Of a stretch of DNA of 64,000 nt, positions 1 through 13,540 are shown piece by piece. Origin of the DNA: Camelus ferus (taxonomy: Eukaryota); NCBI RefSeq assembly GCF_009834535.1, contig NC_045696.1:47742001-47806000 (forward strand), written 5' to 3'. The number at the start of each line of letters is the position of its first letter. Positions within the stretch are counted from its first letter, which is position 1. Below the pieces are notes generated by a model. That model had not been told where the DNA came from and did not search any database. It saw nothing but the letters and a program-made list of their open reading frames with translations. A program made the position numbers and the translations under genes.

Positions 1-242
1 TCAGGAGAGATGAAGAGGGAGGGTTGTGGGAGAGCATTTCTTATCTTTCTCAAACCTTTCTTCTTTTCAAGGAGGAAAAGCAGTCTCACCAAAGAAAATT
101 TTTATCATCAGCTGAGAGAACCTCATGGGGACTCTTCCTCCCCCCTACTATTCTCCATTCACCTTCCAAATATTCCTGTTCCTTTTGGATAAACAAGAGT
201 TGAGAGAAGCAAAACTACACATATTTGAAGAGTTTTCTCTTT

Positions 243-642
243 GCTACCTGTGAACTGTATCCCCCCAAAATTTTTATGTTGAATCCCTAATGCCTAGTAC
301 TTAAGAACGTGACTGTATTCAGAGAGAAAGCCTTCAAAGAGGTGATTAAGTTAACATGAGGTTGTGAGGGTGTGCTCTGATTCAATCTGATTGGTGTCCT
401 TGTAAGCAAAGGAGAATAGGACAGAGACATCAGGGATGCATGTGTTCACAGAGGGAAAACCATGTGAAGAGGCAGCAAGAGGGGGGCCAAAGAAGAGCCA
501 AAAGGAGTGGCCCAAAGGAAACCAAATCCATCAACACTTTGATCCTGGATTTCTAGCCTCCATAACCATGAGAAACAAATTTCTATTGCCTATGCCACCC
601 ATTCTCTGGTGTTTGCTATGGCAGCCCTAGCAAACTAACGTA
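243..642 (+). mobile_element. MaLR solo LTR (MLT1B/C-like)
   Basis: Typical MLT1 text: 'tgtatccccccaaaa...atgttgaatccctaa', 'gaggtgattaagttaa', 'ttctagcctcc...gagaaacaaatttct', ending 'gcagccctagcaaactaa'. Confidence 0.8.
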
Positions 643-2597
643 TCTCCACCCAGTAACAATTCATGGAAAGCAATTCCTGCCATTCTTATCCAACCACTGT
701 GCCAGCTGTTGCTCTCCTTTTAACCTCTTGCCCCTCAAGATTCTCTGCTTATACTCCTCAATCCCCTTACCCACCCACAGTATTTCATTTTCAAGTGCCC
801 TCATCCATAACTCTCTCCAATATCTTAACTCCCATATCTTCTTCTCAAGGAACAAGGCATTTTAAGCAACAATTTAAATCCTTTAAAACCAAGCCTTTTC
901 CTGGAGAATCCAACTGTTGTTTTTGCACACTAGACTGAAACATATGTACTTATATTTTGATCCTGAGTAAGTCACACGGTAAGGGCTCAATTACAGGTTG
1001 CAGCAGGAAAAAAAAAAAGCATCATGAAATGATAGAACAGCCTTTACTTCAGATCTACACTAGATTATCAAGTTTATCTTCTGAGATTACCAGAATCATG
1101 AGAACAGACTGCTTCCCTATGGGACTAATACTAACACCCACAGAGCTACCTGCAGAGGAAATCTGGCCCCATTCACGTCCACAGTGATTCTCCAGAAATG
1201 CGTTCTTTGCTTTCAGTTTAGTGAAGCATGGAAGACTTAGCAAATGACAGACTGTGTTTTGATAGTGAGCCAACTGGGCAGGGCTCCTTGATAGTTCTCT
1301 GTTCTGTAAACTAGCTAGTACATTGCTGATGCTCAATAAATGCCACATATTATCAACTATCAATTATTCAGTGTATAATGACGAAGATGCCTTGGCATGC
1401 ATTACCCCTCAAAGCCTCATCAAGAACTTGTGTGATCCAGACACCACATCATAAAACAGATTGATATTTTTACTTAAACTGCTAGACTGTATACATTTGT
1501 ATTAATGACACATCTTTAAATTACTCCAATTTGTTTATAGAGACAGCCAACAGAACTCACTGAAATTATTGAACATCAATAACATAGAGAAATTTTTTTA
1601 AGTTAGGCCAGTACAATATTTGCAAACATTACTATGATAGCCTCAGATGATAACTGACTAATGTATTGTGTCCATTCAAGCACCTTGCTCTATACCCATA
1701 CTCTTTTCTTTCCTGGAATTTTCTTCCTCCCCCAACTGGATTTGTCCTCATGAAAAAATCCAACTGACCTCATTTGGAAACTTCCTCTGAAATGACCTTC
1801 TCCCACACAAGAAACAATGTTTGATAGATCTTTGTAACAACTTTAGTACTAGGAACAATGTACATGGAATGTGTTCAAAATAGATAGATTCTAAGAAGTG
1901 CCTAGATCATTGGGGGTGTCCAGTAAAACAGCTGAATGAAGGAACACCTGAAGCATAAATCTGTAAATTCCCCATTGTCTGTCTTTACATTACTGTGTGG
2001 TAGATATACACATTATCAAATAAATGGGGAAAAGGAAGGAGAAGGAACCCCTGAACAGTAGGGGTAGCCTGGATCTCAAGATGACAGTGACCTCCAGATA
2101 ATAGGCAGCTCCCCTCCTCTCCAAACCGAGAAGGATCTGTTCAATCTTTCAAAGACCCTGAACCACCTACATCTAGTAAAAGAGAAATCTATTAGGCAAG
2201 TCCTTAAACTTTACCAAACCACATTAAACCTAAGGCATCTCAAGCTGTAGCAAGTTTTAAAATCTGCAGCAGTCACACTGAAAATGAATACAAAACCGAA
2301 TACATTTCTCCAACACTTTAGCTAATTTCTCCAAATGAATCCAGCCCCTACTATTAACATACTGGGGGTACATGCCCCCACGTCCTGATAACAGCATTGA
2401 AGAGTTAGTAGTTATGACAGCAAGAGGGAATATAGTGTACTTAAGTGGAGGAGAAAGGTGAAAGAAAGACTATACCTCCTGTTTGCCTTCAGCAGGGCTT
2501 CATTTTATTCACAAATTGAGAAAAATAAATAAAAACAAAATTCTAGCTTCCAAGACAAAACAATATTCTATGTAGTAATTCAAAAATAGTTCCTGGA

Positions 2598-2886
2598 GAT
2601 TCTTAGACATAGAAAACAAACTTATGGTTCACTAAGGGGAGTGGTGAGGGAGGGGTAAATTGGGAGTTTGGGATTGGCTAATGCAAACTACTATGTAAAG
2701 AACAGATAAACAACGGGGCCCTACTATAATAGCACAAGCAACCATATTCAGTGGCTGATAGTAACCTGTAATGAAAAAGAACGTGAAAAAAAAATGTACG
2801 TATAACTGAATCACTATGCTGTACACCAGAAACTAATACAACATTGTAAATCAACTATACTTCAATTTTAAAAATGGGAAAAAAAT
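2598..2886 (+). mobile_element. L1 3' end fragment (laurasiatherian/artiodactyl type)
   Basis: 'gacatagaaaacaaacttatggtt...gggagtttgggatt...gctgtacaccagaaactaatacaacattgtaaatcaactatacttcaat' followed by an A-rich tail. Confidence 0.8.
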
Positions 2887-4539
2887 AGTTTCTGTATTAT
2901 ACCGAGTCTGAATCTGACATCTTGTGCCTCACTAAAGAGCTACTTTCTGCCTGTAGCACAGACTTTTCAGAAACGCTTACTCATTCCTGGGATGTAGTTG
3001 CTGTCATCCTCTGCCTAAATGTAAACCAAAACCATGGGGGTAATGGAATATTCCCTCAGTCCTAGGAGAGAAACGATACCTCTGAGGCTTGACCTGATCA
3101 TAATGACATGTTATACTCTATCTTAGTGTATAAAAACTGTATCAAACCCATCTGCGGCCAAATCAATTTAAAACTGACTCTTTCACCAGGTGCCGTGGAA
3201 AAATTTTGTCCTCAGTTAGCAACTCTTTGAGAATCTCAAATAACTTCACAAAACGAAATGCTGTCACTAGCTTATATTTTCAATAGGTTGAATGCTGTTG
3301 AAAGTTCAGTACAATGTTTATAAGGGATAGTATCCTCTTCTCCTTCAACACGTTATCTGATCCTCCACCTTCTCCTGATGTTGATAATCACTGGATCATG
3401 CAAGGCAGCACCATGCCCTCCACCCCTTCTTATCAGAATTTGATAAATGAGCATTGCACTCTCAAAAGCTTTGCAGTTTACAGAGTCTGATTGCATTGGT
3501 GGCATGACTCAGAGCACAAACTAAATTCAGCCTGCTCCTTGGTAGAATAAAGTTTTCTTTCTTTTCTTTTTTCTTGTTTAAAAAAATTTATAGTATTATA
3601 TCTGATTTCACACTATTTTCTTCCAACATTTATATTTCATTTATATGGAAGAGACCATGGGAGCTTACCAAGGTCTCTCATATCATATTAAAGTAATCAT
3701 TTCTAAGTATAAAGCATCAAATTGTAAACAGACTCCATTGATGAGTTTCATGAATTCATGCCGCTTGATCTTTCTAGTTTTCAAAGATAGACATTCCAAT
3801 TTCATTTTAAAGAGCATTTATGTCTTTGTAATTAAGATTGCCGATTTTTATGCATCCAACTTTTTTCTTTGATAGATCATAAGAAAAGACAAGCTATAGG
3901 GAACACTATTTAAAACTCAAGTTTTGTTAACATAAAAACAAAACTGCTATACTTTAGTTGTGTTTTTTGTTTGTTTGCTTGCTTGCTTTTTGCTGTCAGT
4001 AGGATAAGACTGCGTACTGGTAGACTGGTGCAGGAAAATACGGACTCAGTTTAATGTAGTTCAGTTTAATTTGAATCAGTTGATTCAATTAGGTTCATCT
4101 TTAAAGAGGGCTATTAGGTAACAGGCACTGTGCTAGGTGCTGAAGGCATACAAACAGGAGGAAGCTGCAGTGTCAGCCTTCAGGAAGCATGCAATCTACT
4201 CAAGAATACTGAAATGTACACACATAACCGTAATACAGGGAAGCATGGCCTAAGTACTGAAGATATGCTGATGTAAGAAAGGGCAGACAAATCTCATTTG
4301 GGGGGTGGGGAGGTCAGAGATGGCTCCGTTCACCAGGAAGGATAAGATTTTCTGGCCCATGAAGGATCAAATACAAACTCCACTGTGAAACTGAGTGGCC
4401 GAGGCCACATTCACCTATGAGTCAAAGTAGGGTCACCCATTCACCTAATTTGTTTCATTTCATTGGCTTGTGCCTCTAAGCATAAGCAGCCACTTTACTT
4501 CTTCTTCAGTCTCACCCTGTAATGGCTGAACACTCCTTC

Positions 4540-4640
4540 AACAAATCACTAAACCTCCCTGAGCCTCAGTTTACCATCTGTAAAATGGTAATAATATCTT
4601 CACATAAAATTGTCATGAGGATTAAGAGACTGCATATATA
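4540..4640 (+). mobile_element. MIR SINE core fragment
   Basis: 'aaatcactaaacctccctgagcctcagtttaccatctgtaaaatgg...tgtcatgaggattaa'. Confidence 0.7.
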
Positions 4641-5444
4641 ATTTATGAGAGAACTATTATTGTTTTATACTTGCAATACACACCCTAGCCAAAATGACGG
4701 ACTACTGATCCATTCTGTGAAAGAAGTAAAAGAAAAGAGATAGGATGCAACCTGTTCCCATTCCCCTCTCCAGACAAGGCTCATTTTAGGTCCAAAAGCT
4801 GAAGAATTATGGGGATTAACGAGGGAGATGAATTTCTCCTTTGATTCTGTAAACTTTAAATAACAAGAAAGCATTTTTTTCTTTGGGTTTTCTTGAGCTT
4901 CTTCCTGTCTATTACACAGCTGCATATTTATATGGCTCCATCAAGTAAAAAACAAGGAAACTTACAGAAATGTGGCAGTAGTTGTTGCACCAACAAAATC
5001 TTTTCTAGATGGAGACATGGGGCAGGCTGCCAAGATTTTGCTGTGCTTATTTCCAGATATCTATCTTCCCAAGCCTTGCATCAGTAATTGGAGGCACAAT
5101 ACCCATCTAGTCAGATCCAGGTTTCTAACCACTCTACAATTCAAAGGTAAACATCAAGAAAGCTTTCTCCTACCACATTTATATCCCTACACCTACTTGA
5201 TACAGACTGCATAATCCTGATGAGACTGGCCAACAAATGCATAGTTTGCTGTTAAGAATAAATTTATGATGATGAATTTATTCATTTAACTGTTAGTCAT
5301 GCCACTGAAAAAGGTAATTGTTTGAAAAATCAGAATAAAAAATTTTCTGGTTATAGTCATCATACACTTTTGTTTTTTGGAAACAAAACAAATTTTGGAA
5401 ACAAACAGAATTCACCATGCTGTTAAACATTCCTTTGTTCTTAA

Positions 5445-6290
5445 TTAAACTTTTTATTATTGGATGTGTAGAATCACTCAGTATCGCAAGAAATAATACA
5501 GAGAGATCCTGTGTGCTCTTCACCCAGCTTCTCCCAATGGTAACATTTTGCAAAACTATAATGCAGTGCAATATCACAACCAGAATACTGACACTGATAT
5601 ATCTACCAATCCTATTCAGATTTCCCCAGCCTTATATGTACTCATTTGTGTGTGTGTATGTGTGTGTGTGTGTGAGAGAGAGAGATGTTTAGTTCTATGC
5701 AATTTTATCACATGTTTATGTTCATGTATCCACCAGCATAGTCACAATACAGAATCATCATAAGGGTCTCTCATATTGCCCCTGTATAACCACTCCCACC
5801 TACCCTGCTCCATCCTTAATCCCTAACAACTACTAAAACATTTATAATTTTGTCATATCAAAAAGATTATATAAATGGAATCATACAGGTAAGTAGCTAT
5901 TTGAGATTGGCTTTTTTTAACACATCATAATTCCCTTGAGATTCGTCCAAGTTGTTGTGTCTATCAATAACTTGTATTATTACTGCTGAGTCATAATCCA
6001 CGGTATAAACGTACCTCAGTGCATTTAACATTCAGCTGTTAAAGGACTTCTGGGTTGTTTCCAGCTTTTGCCTATTACTAATAAAGCTGCTATGAACATT
6101 CTTATACAGGTTTTCATATGAACATGAATCTTCATTTCACTGAGATAAATGCCCAGTAGTGCAGTTGCTAGGTTGTATGATAACTGCATGCTCAGATTTA
6201 TAAGAAACTGGCAAACTCTTTCCCAAAGTGACCGCACCATTTTATAACCTCACAGCAGTGTATGAGTGATCCAGTTTTTCCACCTTTTTT
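5445..6290 (-). mobile_element. Old L1 (L1MB/MC-like) 3' end, antisense, with internal (TG)n(AG)n at ~5647-5686
   Basis: Minus-strand translation 6025-6240 resembles the L1 ORF2 C-terminus (MFIAALLVIGKSWKQP); 3'UTR text 'aaataatacagagagatcc...cccagcttctcccaatggtaacatttt'. Confidence 0.8.
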
Positions 6291-6314
6291 GTTTTGTTTG
6301 GGTATGATTTTTTA

Positions 6315-6435
6315 CATTATCTTAGTCTGTGTTGATGGTAAAATTAGTAAATAAATACACGACCCATGTAAGAACAGCCTGTAAAAAGTCAGTCTCAAAA
6401 GTCCAAAGGGTAAAAGGCAGGAGTTATATAAAAAA
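6315..6435 (+). promoter_or_regulatory. Putative core promoter of the C3orf85-like gene: GATA, forkhead, HNF4/DR1-like sites and TATA box
   Basis: TTATCT at 6317-6322; GTAAATA at 6347-6353; AGTCCAAAGGGTA at 6400-6412; TATATAAAAA from 6425, ~30 bp upstream of a short exon that ends in a splice donor. Confidence 0.65.
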
Positions 6436-6454
6436 GTCTCTCAAGCAACAGCTT

Positions 6455-6488
6455 CTTTCTGACTTGTCTCAGCTCATAGGGCCTCCAG
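6455..6488 (+). other. C3orf85: Putative non-coding exon 1 (5'UTR)
   Basis: Begins ~30 nt after the TATA box (start approximate) and ends at CAG|GTATGC (6488/6489). A 96-nt intron follows, ending at 'ttttctttccaaaacag' (6584), 4 nt before the ATG. Confidence 0.65.
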
Positions 6489-6588
6489 GTATGCAGGAAA
6501 TGCTTCATATTCCTGGAAAGTACCCAATATGCCCTAAGCCTTTGCTCGGTTTAAATTAAAATAAATATTTTCTTTCCAAAACAGGATC

Positions 6589-6637
6589 ATGGCCTACAAA
6601 ATGCTTCAAGTGGCCCTGTGTTCAACATTGCTAATAG
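6589..6637 (+). CDS. C3orf85: C3orf85 orthologue, first coding exon (signal peptide MAYKMLQVALCSTLLI-G)
   Basis: Acceptor AG at 6583-6584; ATC ATG G context; 49 nt ending at G|GTAAGA (phase 1). Matches the N-terminus of human C3orf85 as I recall it. Confidence 0.9.
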
Positions 6638-9159
6638 GTAAGAATCTATTTATTTTTTCTTTGTCGTGTCTTTTATAACAGTTAGGTTGACAGATAACCC
6701 CTTTTGAGTTTTTAAAGAAATGAACAAACCTATTTTAATCATGGACCAATTCTAAAGCATTAGGGAAACCAAACATTGTGTTATGCTGTGGTTTTGAACA
6801 TGTTAGTGTTAACTGTATGTGTGATCATTTTATTCCTAATTATATATTAACATATTAACATGTTACTGTTGCTAAGAAGTCTATTTAACTGCTGCCTCCA
6901 AAGAAGTGCTCTGGTGTCCTTGAACAAAGAAAAATTTTAAATGCCTTTTAGAAACTATAATACTTAAATGATACAATTATGTGGAAACCTCAAGGTACTT
7001 TCAGTGTGTGAATTCATTAACCTTTTAGGCAAGCTGTAGCTCAGAGAAGTGCTGAAGGCACCAAAGGCCAGATGATTTGCTGCCAAATTGACCCAGTAAC
7101 TATGTGGCTTATATCTGAATGGAACTGAGAGGTCATTTGTTTTTCTTGTAACCAAAACTGAAAATACTTACAAAGGTATAAATTATTTTCACAGTTAAAT
7201 CTCTATAATTTAGAAATACTTCTAATAAAGATGCTTAAATCAGAATAAATTTCTACTTTTATGATAAGCTTGAGACCCAAGCAAAAAAATATATGTATTT
7301 TGCCTGAGACACACACACACACAGATAGAGATACAAATATATATCTGAAGTATGAATCTAGATATGTGTGTATACATAGATATGTGTGTGTATATAATCA
7401 GCCTTTTATTGCTAAGTATATGAATAATTTTAATAAAGTGTTTTAATCACCTATATTGCACTTTGCATTTAGGACATGTTTAAATAAATGATTAGCAAAT
7501 TTTAGCCAAGTTATTATTAAGCAATTATTATCAAGGCATATGCAGTCATACTCAGTTACAGCCCACATCTCCAGTTCAAGAAAGTGAGGCTGGCTCAGTT
7601 TAAGAGAGTGTCTGAGGAGCAACTGTAAACTGAAGTCATGGGTTGGTTATAATCCATCGTATAAAGCCTTTGCCTTGACTGCTGATCCCTGTAGCTGACT
7701 TTAGAGTGGACGATGGTGGATGACCGCAATGGCTAAAAGCACTACAGTTGGTCCACATTCACCTATGAACACGACAGGGTCAAAAAGACCAGGCAAAAGG
7801 AAAATGGTTCTGTAAATTGCCTTTCATAGACTTTCTTTAAAAGCAAGCTGGAATTAGCTTTAATTCCAGCTGAAATACAAATTTTTCTACCTATAAAGTC
7901 AACTGGTTTGACTAACTTCACTTGAAAAATAAATAAATAAATACATACAAACATACATAAAATCATGTAGTTGAAGTTCACGAAATAATCTGAGGATCAG
8001 AATCCAAGGACAGAGGGATGTTGACACTGCTGGGTTAACCCTTCAGTCTCAGGATAGACTTGCAGGCCTAGGAGACTAGCCTTTAGAATCAGATTCAGTT
8101 GTTACACTAAAAACTAGTTCAACTGACATTTTCTAAATCACATAGCTCTAAAGTAGGAAATAATAGCTTCAGTCAGCTCTCTTTGTTTCCTCCCCACCCC
8201 ACCCCTCTTTTCATTTGAGAATGTAGCCTATTCATCTGCACTTCCCAGAGCCCTTCTGCTTGCCACAAGAAAACAATTTTTAAGTCTATTTTTATTATTT
8301 AAAAAAAAAAACTTTTCTTGTTACAAATTAGTTGTCTAATAAATTACTTTCGTCTAGAACTTAATTTGAAGTAAGTTGGGAAAAGATCTCATTATCCATT
8401 TCCCTAGTGGGAATGCTGAAGCCAAAAATGATGAAGCACCTACTCAAGTAATTAAATTTATGAGCAGAGTCTCCAAATTATTTTATTGATTTTCTCAAAA
8501 TAGTAATGAATCCAGATGGGGACTGATTCCCTGGTCAGAGAATTAGAAGTCCAAGTGTCCTGATTTGATTGAAAGACAAAAATAAAACAAAACAAAAACC
8601 CTCTCTTTAGCATTTAGGTCAAGAATTGCCTACTCTGATAATCAGACAGCAAATATTAATACTACTATTTTAAATTTTTTTATGTGTGAGGGGCTTTCCA
8701 TATATTATCTTAGTTCAACTCTCATAATCACTCTGAAAACAGGTGTTATGAGTGTTACTGTACAAAGAGAAAACTGAGGCTGAGAGAAATTAAATGACCA
8801 AGCTACACAGTCAATGATGGATGCCAGATTCACAACCAAATTCTACATCCAGGTCTTCTGAGAACAAAAGTCTTCCTCCTGCTATGCAAACTGTCCCCTC
8901 TGTCACTGTAATGCCAGGTATGGGATATGCAGGTGTAAGATAGGCAGCAGAGCACAGAACATTTCTTTCCAAAAAAGTAATAGAGCCAATATCGGAGCCA
9001 TTGGTTCCAAAAGAAAAGGTCAGTGGTTAGGGAGCTGGATCACTTTATCTGAGAAAATAGAGCCAAACCAGGACATAGCCAAGGACAGCTCCTAGTTGAA
9101 CTGACTTAAATAAAAGTCCCAAACCCAACATGTTCCACCTCAACAGTGCAATTTAAAAA

Positions 9160-10643
9160 AAAAAAAAATTGAAATATAGTTGATTTACAACATTGTGTTA
9201 GTTTCAGGTGTACAGCAAAGTGATTCAGTTATATATACAATATTTTCAGATTTTTTTTCCATTATAGTCTATTATAAGATATCTCATATAGTTCCATGTG
9301 ATTTACAGTCAGTCCTTTTTGTTTATCTAATTTGTATATATTAGTGTGTATCTGCTAATCCCAAACTCCTAATTTATCCCTCCCTCCTTTCCCCTTTCAT
9401 AACCATAAGATTATCTGTTTCTGCTATGTAAATAAGTTCATTTGTGTTACTTTTTTAGATTTCACAAATAAGTAGTATGATGTCTGTCTTTCTGACTTAC
9501 TTCACTTATGATAATCTTTAAGTCCATCAATGTTATTGCAGATGGCATTATTTCATTTTTATGGCTGACTAATATTCCATTGTATATGTATACCACATCA
9601 TCTTTATCCAGTCATCTGTCGATGGATATTGACAGGTTGCTTCCAGGTCTTGGCTATTGTAAATAGTGCTGCTATGAACATCGGGGTGCATGTATCTTTT
9701 TGAATGAGTTTTTGTCTTTTCTGGATATATGACCAGGAGTGACATTACTGGATCATATGGTAACATTTTTAGTTTTTTAAGGAACCTCCATACTGTTCTT
9801 CATAGTGGCTGTACCAATTTACTTTCCCACCAACAGTACAGGAAGGTTCCCTTTTCTCCACACCCTCTCCAGCATTTATTGTTTGTAGACTTTTTGATAA
9901 TGACCATTCTGACTGGTATGAGGTGGTACCTCACTGTAGTTTTGATTTGCATTTCTCTAATAATTAGTGATGTTGAGCATCTTGTCATGTGCCTGTTGGC
10001 CATCTGTATGTCTTCTATGGAGAAAGAGAAATGTCTATTTAGGTCTTATGCTCATGTTTTGATTGGGTTGTTTGTTTGCTTTTTTTTTTTTTTTTGATAT
10101 TGAATTGTATGAGCTGTTTGTGTATTTTGGAAATCCCTTATGGATCACATATTTTATGAATATTTTCTCCAAATCCTTAGGTTGTCTTCACTTTGTTTAT
10201 GCTTTCCTTTGCTATGCAAAAGCTTATAGGTTTGATTAGGTCCCATTTGTTTTTGCTTTTATTTCTTTTGCCTTGGGAGACTGACCTAACAAAACATTGC
10301 TACGATTTATGTCAGAGAATGTTTTACTTATATTCTCTTCTAGGAGTTTTATGGTGTCATGTCTTAAACTTAAGTCTTTAAGCCATTTTGAGTTGATTTT
10401 TGTGTGTGGTGTGAGGGAGTGTTCTAACTTCACTGATTTACATGGGGCTGTCCAGCTTTTCCAAAACTTCTTGTTGATGAGACTGTCTTTTCTCCGGTAT
10501 ATATTCTTACCTCCTTGTTGAGGATTAATTGACCATAGGTGGGTGGATGTATTTCTGGGCTCTCTATTCTGTTTCATTGATCCATAGGACTATTTTTGTA
10601 CCAATACCAAGCTGTTTTGATTACTGTAGCTTTGTAGTATTAT
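9160..10643 (-). mobile_element. 5'-truncated L1 (ORF2 C-terminus plus 3'UTR), antisense in intron 2
   Basis: Minus-strand ORFs 9800-10003 ([15 protein letters not shown]...[11 protein letters not shown]) and 10236-10577 are L1 ORF2 remnants. Degenerate TSD: AACAGTGCAATTTAAAAA (9142) / AACAGGGCACTTTTAAAAA (10644). Confidence 0.92.
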
Positions 10644-13379
10644 AACAGGGCACTTTTAAAAATCAAACATCCCTATTCATAAAAAGAGCAAATACAGAAA
10701 ATGCACATATTTGGAAAATATTTCACTGAGTTAGTAAACCAGTCCTTGGGGTTGACCCATTGATGAAACAATTTAGGGATTCATGACCATATTGTTGGCC
10801 TGTGGTCAGATCTAGCCATAAAGAACAAGCATGACTTCTGGTTTTACATAGGGGAAAAAAAAACTGCCTTTGGCCTGTTTCTCTAGTACAGTTCCAGCTC
10901 TTATTGTTCAATCCAGAATTAATAATTAAGGCCAATTTTTCTTGAAGGGGTTTTTTTGTTTGCCTTTGTTTGTTTTTGCAAGAGCTTTTAATGTCACATT
11001 TTCTTCCCCACAACCCTGTCAGCACCTCCAGTCCTTCCCTTTGCCTTCTTCTCTGCTATAGAAGGAATAAGGAATAGACGTTCTCAGTCACCCCTGCAGC
11101 CTTCTAGTTCCTAGAGAGTCTGTATTCCCTGACTTTTTTTAATTTAATTTATTATATAAAATTTTGTTCTTAGTTTCACTTGCTCACTTTGACTTAAGAT
11201 TGATTGATGCTCTAAAACAGTGGGTAGTGAGAATAACCTAGGAAATAACTTGGTTGGAGGAAAAATGTCACTGCCTATGACTAGATTCAGTGAGTACTCT
11301 GGATGTTGTAAAAAAAACTGTTTTCCTACCCACATGCCCAAAATGGTCCTGGCTCTAGAGTTGGGAATCCCATCAACACACGTAGGCAGTGATCCAGAAG
11401 GAATCACAATTGATTGAATCATATAAAATGCTGCCTTTCATGGGATACAAATTTCTCTGTCCACAAGATTAAAAACTAATAAAAGACCTGCAAGCTTCAG
11501 AAATATGCCCGACAGAATTAATGGCCGTGTGTGTGAGCACATATGTGGGTGTATGCTACTGTGCCAAGAGCGGGTTAAAACAGAGTTAAGTTAAACTCAA
11601 GTAATACAAGTTTCTGTTTGCTTTTCAAAGTACTGAACACATCAGCAATTGTAACATCAGTAAAGCCAAAGTTCCTGAGTTAAAAGTTCAATTTCAAAAG
11701 TGTTTTATTAACAGATGGTTTAACAGGATCATGGGGATTTGTGAGCTGGTCCTGCAGTTCACTTCCTTCCATGCTCTTTGTTCTCTGCCTTTACCTCCCC
11801 CATTTGCCCTGCCCCTTTCCCCATGGCTTTTCACCTTTAGTACCCTCCCTTCTGTCTCTCCTTCCTTTGATTTCTTTTCTCCTTCTTCTTCACAGTTTTT
11901 CTCTCACAATCCAAATTTCTTGTCTCTCTCTCTCTCTCAATTTTATGTGAATTACAGCAAAGTGAGAGAATCCATTATACTAAAATACAACCCTTAAATC
12001 TTCTACTATAAAGTTTGGGGTCAGTTACCAAAGCTTACAGTAGAAAGGAAGTAGTATAAGTACGTAAAGGGCCTGGTGACTGGATCCTAGAATTTGCAAA
12101 TTTCATATAAAATTTCAGGTTACAGAATCAGAACAGAAAGTGTGCCTTCTGAGGGCAGCTCACTCTCAAGAGGAAGGAAGAATGAGCTGGACATGCCAAG
12201 TTATGCCTCTTGGATTTACCCAGCAGGAGCTCTACACCAGTTCCCCTGCATGGAAGAAAACAGGGATCTGCCATCAGACTCTGCCCTTCATTCTGTGTCT
12301 AAGTTTCACATCAGGCTTTTTGATCTTTTTAGTGTGTATGTTCCTACAACAAATACCGTTTTCATAGTATATAGACCGTTCAGTCATTTCTCTACTATCA
12401 GATTTAAGGACTCTTCTTCAGCCTCCCCTGAGTGATCACAATATAGGGACTGTTTGCACTTCTAATTATACAAATGATACAGCTTCCCTCACTTTCACAC
12501 TGCCCACCAGCCTGTGGGGGGCACTCATATCTTTGTGCCTAATATGAATACACTTTTATTTGGTTTTGCTTACTTATTGGCTAGGTGTTTTGACTTCTCT
12601 TTCACTTATGTCTGTCTGTCTCCATGCAGATAGAAATTCCTTGACGGTAGTAGGAGTTGCTCCCACTTAGCATATTCTACATGCTTCCAATGACATAATA
12701 TCATTCAGAGAAAGTAACTGTCAGTCATAACCTATTTGTTATGAATACATTCCAATTCAAACTATCAGAGCTGAAAGAGACCTTAGAGATCACATGATCC
12801 AGCCCTGTTTTACAGAACAGAAAGTAGAAGTGTAGGAATAAGAAGTGGCTTGGGGACCAAACTCATCACTGCAGGGCCAGGATAAGACTTTGGATCTCTG
12901 ATCCTTCTTGGCTTGTGTGGAAGAGCTATGATCTCAAGTATCTCCACGCTCTGACGTGTCTGCCTTATTTCTACTGTACAGACTTTACTGCAGAGGATAT
13001 TTCAGAAACGTTTAGACAGCAGAACTTAGCGTGGCAGGTCCTATTAAAACTGACTATGATACAAGATGAACGGAAGGAGGGCATATAAGGAGTTGGAAAG
13101 AAACAGAGAAGATTTTTTATAGCTTATGATTATAAAGTTTAAAGTAGTCCTGGTTGATATTGCCTACATTAAAAAAAAAAAAACACCCATTTAAAAACCA
13201 ACAGAGTAATAAAATGCAGTTTTAGTTTTCAACCCCTGGCAGTATTATACAGGCTTACAAATACAAAACTCTGATATTGCTCTCACTAACTTTCAAGGTT
13301 GATCAGGCAGAATGAAAAAGGGAGGGGAAACTTCTCAAGCAGAGAGGATAATAGCATGCCCTTCTGCATTACTTGCATT

Positions 13380-13540
13380 TTATTTCCAGCCCTGCCACTG
13401 ACTTACTATGTGACCTTGAGAGAGTCATTTCATCTCTGTGTGTCAATTTTCTCATTTGTAAAATAGGATAATAAATACTAGTTTCTGTCCCTCTCGTGGG
13501 TGATGTTATTATCACCATCAATTAATATTTATTGGATGCC
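13380..13540 (+). mobile_element. MIR fragment
   Basis: 'ctgccactgacttactatgtgaccttgag...tttctcatttgtaaaataggataata'. Confidence 0.65.

Noticed and set aside
1..5400. Exons or CpG-island promoter of a neighbouring upstream gene
   Set aside because: No CpG island and no recognisable coding exon seen.
9569..10577. Cluster of 60-120 aa ORFs on both strands
   Set aside because: Fragments and antisense frames of decayed L1 ORF2.
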